In this document: positions 26,854 to 32,000 of the stretch, one piece after another
How positions within the stretch are numbered: position 1 is the first letter of the stretch
Layout of the letters: each line of letters starts with the position of its first letter
DNA from: Corynebacterium glutamicum ATCC 13032
Lineage (GTDB): Bacteria; Actinomycetota; Actinomycetes; Mycobacteriales; Mycobacteriaceae
NCBI RefSeq assembly: GCF_000011325.1
Contig: NC_003450.3
Coordinates: forward strand, 1-32,000
Direction of reading: 5' to 3'
Length of the DNA stretch: 32,000 nucleotides
Made by a program: the position numbers and the translations under genes
The notes under the pieces: model-generated
Told to the model about the DNA's origin: nothing
Seen by the model: only the letters and a program-made list of their open reading frames with translations
Database searches by the model: none

Positions 26854-28099
26854 CTGGCAGGGTGGCGCTGGCAAGGATGTTGCCGTTGGCCAGGTCAACA
26901 ACATGGAGTTCGTTGTTTGATGGGTCGGAGACGTATGCGCGGTCCTTGTTGATGAACAGGGTTGGGCGTGCTTCTTGCCATACTTCTGGTTCGGTCCAGG
27001 CATCGATGACGGGGTAGGTGTTGGTGATGGCGCCGGTGTTGGCATCGATGATGTGGAGTGCGCCGTCGGTGCCTAGAACTACTGCTTCGCCTGCAGGGCC
27101 ACGGCCAAGTGAGCGGAAGGAGTAGGAGGTGCCGAGGTCAACGAGGGTGAGCTCGCCGGTCTCGGTGTTGGTGAGGGAAACGCGCTCTGGGCGCTCCAAG
27201 TCGGCGTCTTTATCTACCTTGTAATCGCCGAGGACGACAGGAGAGACGTCGCTGCCTGATTGGTTGCCGATGCGACCGTAGGAATCAGGTGCCTGGACCT
27301 TGGTGAACTCGCCGTCCTTGTAGATCAGTACACCGTCTTCACAGCCAACTGCGATGGCGTCACCGAGTGCTGCGCTTTCACCGTGAACGCCGGGGCACTG
27401 TTCGTTGCGGGCGATTTCTTCACCGGCTGCGTTGAATACGACGGCGCCGTTGCGGGAATCCTCATCGCCCAAAGTGTGCAGCAGGTCGCCGTTTTCGAGG
27501 ACTACTGCCACGCCGTGGTGGGCTTTGAGGGCGTTTTTGATCTCAGGTTCTACTTCATCGCCCTTGAGGAGGGAAGCGGTGTCGAAGATCTGGATTTTGC
27601 CGTCACCATCGCCGAACAGCACGGTCTTGCCGGCGTGGTTCACTACATGACCAGGCTTATCGGTGGAGTAGGTGATGTCGGTGAGTTCTGGGGTGGCGGT
27701 GTAGCTGTGGGTGTGATCGCCGTGTGGTTCGGTCCATGCGCCGGTATCAAAGAGCTGGAAGCCGCCACCTGTGGAGACAAATACGTGGCGTCCGTCTCCT
27801 GCACTGTTGAGGCGGTTAAAACCTGCTAGTTCGGTGTCTTCCAGGATTTCCAGAGTGTTGGCGTCGAGGGTAATGATGCCACCGTCGTAGGTGGTGACGA
27901 TGCGGGCCTGCGGGGAGGACACCTCAACGGCAGTGCTGCTGCCTTCGGCTTCGTGGCCATCATGATCGTGTGCCTCGGAGCTTGCTGTTGCAGAGCTAGA
28001 CGCAGTTGCAGTATCTGCAGAGCTGTCAGTGCCACAGCTTGCCAGCAGGATAGATGCGGTGGATACCGCAGCAATAAGAAGTAGCTTGGAGTTTTTCAT
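26819..28099 (-). CDS. Secreted lipoprotein, AztD-like (beta-propeller zinc metallochaperone candidate)
   Basis: 426-aa ORF with AAAGGAG SD. Lipobox LLASC, His-rich segment EAHDHDGHEAEG and HGDHTHSY motif. Located directly downstream of a ZnuA-type binding-protein gene, as in AztABCD clusters. Confidence 0.65.
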   Translation of the reverse strand: MKNSKLLLIAAVSTASILLASCGTDSSADTATASSSATASSEAHDHDGHEAEGSSTAVEVSSPQARIVTTYDGGIITLDANTLEILEDTELAGFNRLNSAGDGRHVFVSTGGGFQLFDTGAWTEPHGDHTHSYTATPELTDITYSTDKPGHVVNHAGKTVLFGDGDGKIQIFDTASLLKGDEVEPEIKNALKAHHGVAVVLENGDLLHTLGDEDSRNGAVVFNAAGEEIARNEQCPGVHGESAALGDAIAVGCEDGVLIYKDGEFTKVQAPDSYGRIGNQSGSDVSPVVLGDYKVDKDADLERPERVSLTNTETGELTLVDLGTSYSFRSLGRGPAGEAVVLGTDGALHIIDANTGAITNTYPVIDAWTEPEVWQEARPTLFINKDRAYVSDPSNNELHVVDLANGNILASATLPGTPNELTGVSG

Positions 28100-28108
28100 G
28101 GTTCTCCT

Positions 28109-28167
28109 TTTAGTAAAACATTTAGTAAAACGGGGACTGTTTAAGACTGTTTAGGACTGTTTAGGAC
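28109..28167. repeat. Short tandem repeats in the SBP/AztD-like intercistronic region
   Basis: TTTAGTAAAAC at 28109-28119 and 28121-28131. Decamer GACTGTTTAR three times from 28135, ending in a partial unit at 28167. Confidence 0.8.
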
Positions 28168-29117
28168 AAAGTGCTTGCAATGCGCTCGGCATTGATTTTT
28201 TGCATGCTGATGTAGGTGGGTGCTTCACCATCTGCATCGGTGAGTGATTCCGTGAAAATGGACACCACTTGAACATCAATGCCAGCGTTGCTGGCCAACA
28301 CTTCAGCTAACCGTTGTGGGCTTGAGGTATCGGTGAAGATTGCGGGAACATTGTTGTCTTCGATGGCGGTGGAGATGTCATTGAGGTCAGATGCTGAAGG
28401 CGCCGCCAATGTGCTTCCACCTGGGATGATGGTGTCAATGACGGTGTAGTTAAACCGGCTGGCCAGGTATCCAAAAACATTGTGATTGGTTACCAGCTTG
28501 CGGTTTTCTGGGGCCACGCCGCTGAGCAATTCGGTGACTTCCTCATCAAGGGCAACAAGTTCCTCACGGTAGTGCTGGGCTGATTGTGTGATCGATTCAG
28601 TCAGGGAAGGATCGAGTTCTTTGATCAGTTCAGCTTCTATAACTTCCGTGGCGGCGATCATGCGCGCCGGGTCTGTCCAAAAGTGAGGATCTGGAACGCC
28701 GGGGGAGTAGTCAATGACATCGATGTGTTCGCCGACTTCCAAGACGGGAACCCCTTGGCTTTTGGCATTGTCCACATTGGATTGAAGGCCCTCTTCAAGT
28801 CCTAGTCCATTGGCCACGATGAGATCGGCATGTTCCATGGCAGCGGCGTCTTGTGCTGAGACTCCGAAGGAATGTGGATCTGCGTTGGGTTTCATGAGTA
28901 CTTGGACATCTGCGGAATCTCCCACGATATGGCTTACAACATCACCCAGGATGTTGGTGGTGACCACAATGTCAGGGGTGTCATCTACAGCGGAACAGGC
29001 GGTGATACCAAAAGCTAGTGAGGCGGCAACGGCTGGAACAGCTAGTAGTTTTCGGAAATTTTTCGCGGAGGAAGCCCCAAAGAGCTCCCCATTATTGAAA
29101 ATGTCTTTCAGTATCAC
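28161..29117 (-). CDS. Metal (Zn/Mn) ABC transporter substrate-binding lipoprotein, ZnuA/TroA/AztC type
   Basis: 318-aa ORF with lipobox GITAC. Cluster A-I SBP features (DPHFW, NADPHSF-like metal-ligand regions). Overlaps the permease gene by 4 nt. Confidence 0.85.
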   Translation of the reverse strand: MILKDIFNNGELFGASSAKNFRKLLAVPAVAASLAFGITACSAVDDTPDIVVTTNILGDVVSHIVGDSADVQVLMKPNADPHSFGVSAQDAAAMEHADLIVANGLGLEEGLQSNVDNAKSQGVPVLEVGEHIDVIDYSPGVPDPHFWTDPARMIAATEVIEAELIKELDPSLTESITQSAQHYREELVALDEEVTELLSGVAPENRKLVTNHNVFGYLASRFNYTVIDTIIPGGSTLAAPSASDLNDISTAIEDNNVPAIFTDTSSPQRLAEVLASNAGIDVQVVSIFTESLTDADGEAPTYISMQKINAERIASTLS

Positions 29118-29965
29118 GCGGTGAAGTTTAACCTACTAATGGCACTCTTTGTCAATAAGGTGGCAAAAAATATCGCAGCACTTAACAAAGTGATAGTGGC
29201 TCCCGCGGCAGTGCTTGCGTGCCAGCTGATTAAAAGCCCGAGGTAAATTTCCGCGCATCCAAGAAGCGACGCGACGATCATGATCAGTGAAATACTTGCT
29301 TTGTCTTGCACTAAAAGTGCAGCCGTGGCGGGCGGACCAATGAGAAGTCCAAACACTAAAAGCGTTCCCACCACCTGAAACGACACCACCGTAGCTAATG
29401 CGATCAGTGCCAGCATGAGTAGGTGTGCAAAGCGGGGATTGAGTCCTAAGGTGTGAGCTTTACGCTCGTCGAAAGCGAGTGCAGTGAACTGTCGGTGGAA
29501 GAGAAAAATAGTCAATCCACCCAACACTGTTGCAATGGCGATGATGAATATATCCGAGGGTCGCACGCCAAGAATGTCTCCAAAAAGGAAACTGGTGAGG
29601 TCTACGGCGTGGGAATCGGAGTGGGACACAATAACCACGCCGAGGGAAAGCATGGTAATAAATTGCAGGCCAATGCTGACGTCTTGGGAGAGGCTGGATT
29701 TTCTGCTGGTCCACACCACTCCGGCTGACATGATTAATGCGCTGATTGCTGCGCCGAACATGAGATTTCCGCCCAATAGTGATGCCGTGGCTACTCCGGG
29801 GAGCAAGCCGTGCGACATAGCGTCGCCGAAAAAGGTTAGCCTGCGCAAAATAACCCACGTTCCAATGAGTGAGCATAAAATTGCGGCCAGGCATCCGGCG
29901 ACCAGGGCGCGGGAGATGAATGAAACGTCAAAAGGCACTATGAGGGCGTCAGTAAAAAACTTCAT
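29114..29965 (-). CDS. Metal ABC transporter permease (ABC-3/ZnuB family)
   Basis: 283-aa polytopic ORF of typical ZnuB/MntB length and hydrophobicity. Sits in the operon with the SBP gene. Confidence 0.85.
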   Translation of the reverse strand: MKFFTDALIVPFDVSFISRALVAGCLAAILCSLIGTWVILRRLTFFGDAMSHGLLPGVATASLLGGNLMFGAAISALIMSAGVVWTSRKSSLSQDVSIGLQFITMLSLGVVIVSHSDSHAVDLTSFLFGDILGVRPSDIFIIAIATVLGGLTIFLFHRQFTALAFDERKAHTLGLNPRFAHLLMLALIALATVVSFQVVGTLLVFGLLIGPPATAALLVQDKASISLIMIVASLLGCAEIYLGLLISWHASTAAGATITLLSAAIFFATLLTKSAISRLNFTA

Positions 29966-29970
29966 TTGAA

Positions 29971-29989
29971 AATGATAACCGTTATCATT
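29971..29989. promoter_or_regulatory. Perfect 9-1-9 palindrome, candidate Zur box
   Basis: AATGATAAC-C-GTTATCATT, centred in the 29-bp gap between the divergent permease (start 29965) and ATPase (start 29995) genes. AT-rich, TGATAA-type Fur-family architecture. Confidence 0.6.
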
Positions 29990-29994
29990 AAGGA

Positions 29995-30654
29995 ATGGCA
30001 GAACTCAGCGTCCGGAATCTCACATGCACATACGGCAATCACATCGCGCTCAACAACATCACGGCACGCTTCCCAACCGGAAAAATAACTGCCCTCATCG
30101 GCAGCAACGGCTCCGGAAAATCCACACTGTTGGAAACTTTGGCGGGCATGCTGGCACCCCGCAGCGGAAGCATTAACAACCTTGTGCCAGAAATCGCGTT
30201 CGTCCCCCAACGCAGCCACGTCTCCCATAATTTGCCCATCACGATCAGACAAACAGTCAGCATGGGGCGATGGTCAGCCAAGAAAAACTGGCAACGACTC
30301 ACTGCCGCAGATTGCAACATCGTGGACAGCTGCCTCGACCGGCTCGAAATCTCCGGCCTCGCCGACCGCCCCCTCGGCGAAGTATCAGGCGGGCAGCGCC
30401 AACGCGCCCTCATAGCGCAAGGTTTAGCGCAACAGGCGCCCTTATTGCTTCTCGACGAACCCCTCGCCGCCGTGGACTCCCACGCGGCAAGTCTTATCGA
30501 AGATGTCATTAACCAACAACGCAACCAAGGAACCACAATTATTCTTGCGACTCACGATCTTGATCAAGCACATCAAGCAGATCAGATTATCGCCTTGGAA
30601 AAAGGAATCATAAAGCCACAGCGCAAAGCCACTGAATCAATAAAGAAGCGTTAA
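29995..30654 (+). CDS. Metal ABC transporter ATP-binding protein (ZnuC/AztA type)
   Basis: 219-aa ORF. Walker A GSNGSGKST, signature VSGGQRQR, Walker B LLLLDEP. Confidence 0.9.
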   Translation: MAELSVRNLTCTYGNHIALNNITARFPTGKITALIGSNGSGKSTLLETLAGMLAPRSGSINNLVPEIAFVPQRSHVSHNLPITIRQTVSMGRWSAKKNWQRLTAADCNIVDSCLDRLEISGLADRPLGEVSGGQRQRALIAQGLAQQAPLLLLDEPLAAVDSHAASLIEDVINQQRNQGTTIILATHDLDQAHQADQIIALEKGIIKPQRKATESIKKR

Positions 30655-30696
30655 TAAAGTTTGACTTGTGCCTCTGACCTGCGTTGACTTGAGTAA

Positions 30697-31680
30697 ATGA
30701 AGCTACCAAGACTCGCCGCAGCGCTCATTGGTGCTGCGCTGTTAATCACGGGTTGTTCAGCTACCGGGGGAGCACCACGGGCAACAGATGGGGCATCAGG
30801 CGGAGGAACCGTCGATACGCCTCGGTTGGTTGTCGCGATGGTGAGCCACGGCGCGCCGGGCGATACTTTTTGGGATTTGGTCCGAAAAGGTGCTGAAGAC
30901 GCCGCCCAAAAAGACAACGTTGAACTCCGCTATTCCTCTAATCCGGAAATCCCTGAACAATCCAACCTCGTGCAAAATGCCATCGATTCACGCGTCGACG
31001 GCATCGCCATGACCATGCCTAATGCTCAATCACTAGGACCGGTCGCTCAAAAGGCCGTGGATGCGGGCATTCCTGTGGTTGGTCTCAACGCTGGAATGAA
31101 CGAATACCAAGATTATGGAATGACAGGATTCTTTGGTCAAGATGAATCCGTCGCAGGAGCATCCGCAGGAGCGCGCCTTGCCGAGGAAAACGCACAAAAA
31201 GTTTTGTGTGTGATCCATGAACAGGGCAACTCCTCCCAGGAAGCTCGCTGTGGTGGCGTGTCTGAAGGTTTGGGCAAACAAGTAGAAACCCTGTATGTCA
31301 ACGGCATGGATCTCACCTCAGTGAACTCCACCCTGCAGGCAAAACTTGCTCAAGACCGCAGCATTGATTGGGTTGTGGGACTCCAGGCTGGTGTATCAAT
31401 GGCTATTTCTGATGCGGCAGACGCTGCGAACTCAGAAGTAAAGATCGCCACCTTTGATACAAACGCACAGCTCATGACCGCTATTCGTGATGGCAAGATC
31501 CAATTCGCCATTGATCAGCAACCATATCTGCAGGGCTACATGGCCGTGGATTCGCTGTGGTTGGCGCACCGAAACGGCACCACTGTTGGTGGCGGACGAC
31601 CCGTGTACACAGGACCAGCCATTGTGGATGCCACCAACGTTGATGTCATTGCTGAAGCCGTTGGGGAGGGTCTGCGATGA
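30697..31680 (+). CDS. Sugar ABC transporter substrate-binding lipoprotein (ribose/xylose-type periplasmic binding protein)
   Basis: 327-aa ORF with lipobox LITGC and the Peripla_BP_4-like layout (VSHGAPGDTFW...DGIAMT...). Confidence 0.8.
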   Translation: MKLPRLAAALIGAALLITGCSATGGAPRATDGASGGGTVDTPRLVVAMVSHGAPGDTFWDLVRKGAEDAAQKDNVELRYSSNPEIPEQSNLVQNAIDSRVDGIAMTMPNAQSLGPVAQKAVDAGIPVVGLNAGMNEYQDYGMTGFFGQDESVAGASAGARLAEENAQKVLCVIHEQGNSSQEARCGGVSEGLGKQVETLYVNGMDLTSVNSTLQAKLAQDRSIDWVVGLQAGVSMAISDAADAANSEVKIATFDTNAQLMTAIRDGKIQFAIDQQPYLQGYMAVDSLWLAHRNGTTVGGGRPVYTGPAIVDATNVDVIAEAVGEGLR

Positions 31681-32000
31681 CAAAAATCAAGAGTGGGGAG
31701 GCGTCGACAAGCATTGTTGAGCGCGCCTTAAAGCGCCCCGAACTGACCAGCCTGCTTGGCGCCGTGCTTGTTTTTACGCTGTTTATGGTGGTCGCGCCGG
31801 CATTTAGGTCATGGGATTCGATGGCGACCGTGCTGTATGCGAGTTCCACGATCGGCATCATGGCGGTTGCCGTGGGCCTGCTGATGATCGCTGATGAATT
31901 CGACCTGTCCACCGGCGTTGCCGTGACAACTGCAGCGCTGGCGGCCTCGATGTTTAGCTATAACCTGTGGCTGAACACCTGGGTGGGCGCGCTGATTGCA
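31677..32000 (+). CDS. Sugar ABC transporter permease (RbsC/BPD_transp_2 type), 5' partial at window end
   Basis: ATG overlaps the SBP stop (ATGA). My translation MTKIKSGEASTS...LLMIADEFDLSTGVAV... contains the characteristic E-F-D-L-S-x-G motif and stays open to nt 32000. Confidence 0.75.
   Translation, partial: MTKIKSGEASTSIVERALKRPELTSLLGAVLVFTLFMVVAPAFRSWDSMATVLYASSTIGIMAVAVGLLMIADEFDLSTGVAVTTAALAASMFSYNLWLNTWVGALIA

Overview
This window reads as the replication-origin region of a Corynebacterium chromosome. Gene order, a ROK regulator preceded by TAGAC-N6-GTCTA boxes and the overall content match my memory of C. glutamicum, but I cannot confirm that without a database search. The core backbone is dnaA (GTG at nt 1), an oriC DnaA-box cluster, dnaN, recF, a DUF721/DciA-like gene and gyrB. 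A 4.3-kb block then separates gyrB from gyrA: alpha/beta hydrolase, YczE-like membrane protein, hypothetical, ROK regulator (ssuR-like), and an RHH plus degenerate Doc-like pair. gyrA and a DUF3566 gene follow. From about 14.8 kb the window looks more accessory. A tRNA-Ile/tRNA-Ala module occurs twice (14851-15011 and 23903-24063), with a third solo tRNA-Ala at 23500. These copies bracket about 9 kb holding a YeiH-type transporter with a LysR regulator, an orphan SUKH/SMI1 immunity-like gene, ccdA with a dsbA-like gene divergent from a BlaI/BlaR1-like pair, an aldo-keto reductase remnant, and a 5'-nucleotidase with two in-frame nonsense codons. Next come ohr, a single-gene AlbA_2/Schlafen-like ATPase islet flanked by 133-bp diverged direct repeats with a 21/42-bp phased repeat array, a zinc-uptake cluster (AztD-like lipoprotein, ZnuA/B/C-type ABC transporter, palindromic Zur-type box), and the start of a sugar ABC transporter. 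I found no CRISPR array, transposase or integrase, and no multi-gene novel system I can defend. The observations most worth follow-up are the repeat-flanked AlbA_2 islet with its phased CACTGAG array, a conserved long-hairpin element found after both tRNA modules, a 132-bp nested palindrome after gyrB, the BlaI/BlaR1-DsbA/CcdA divergon with 17-bp-phased palindromic sites, and a second repeated 8-mer in oriC.
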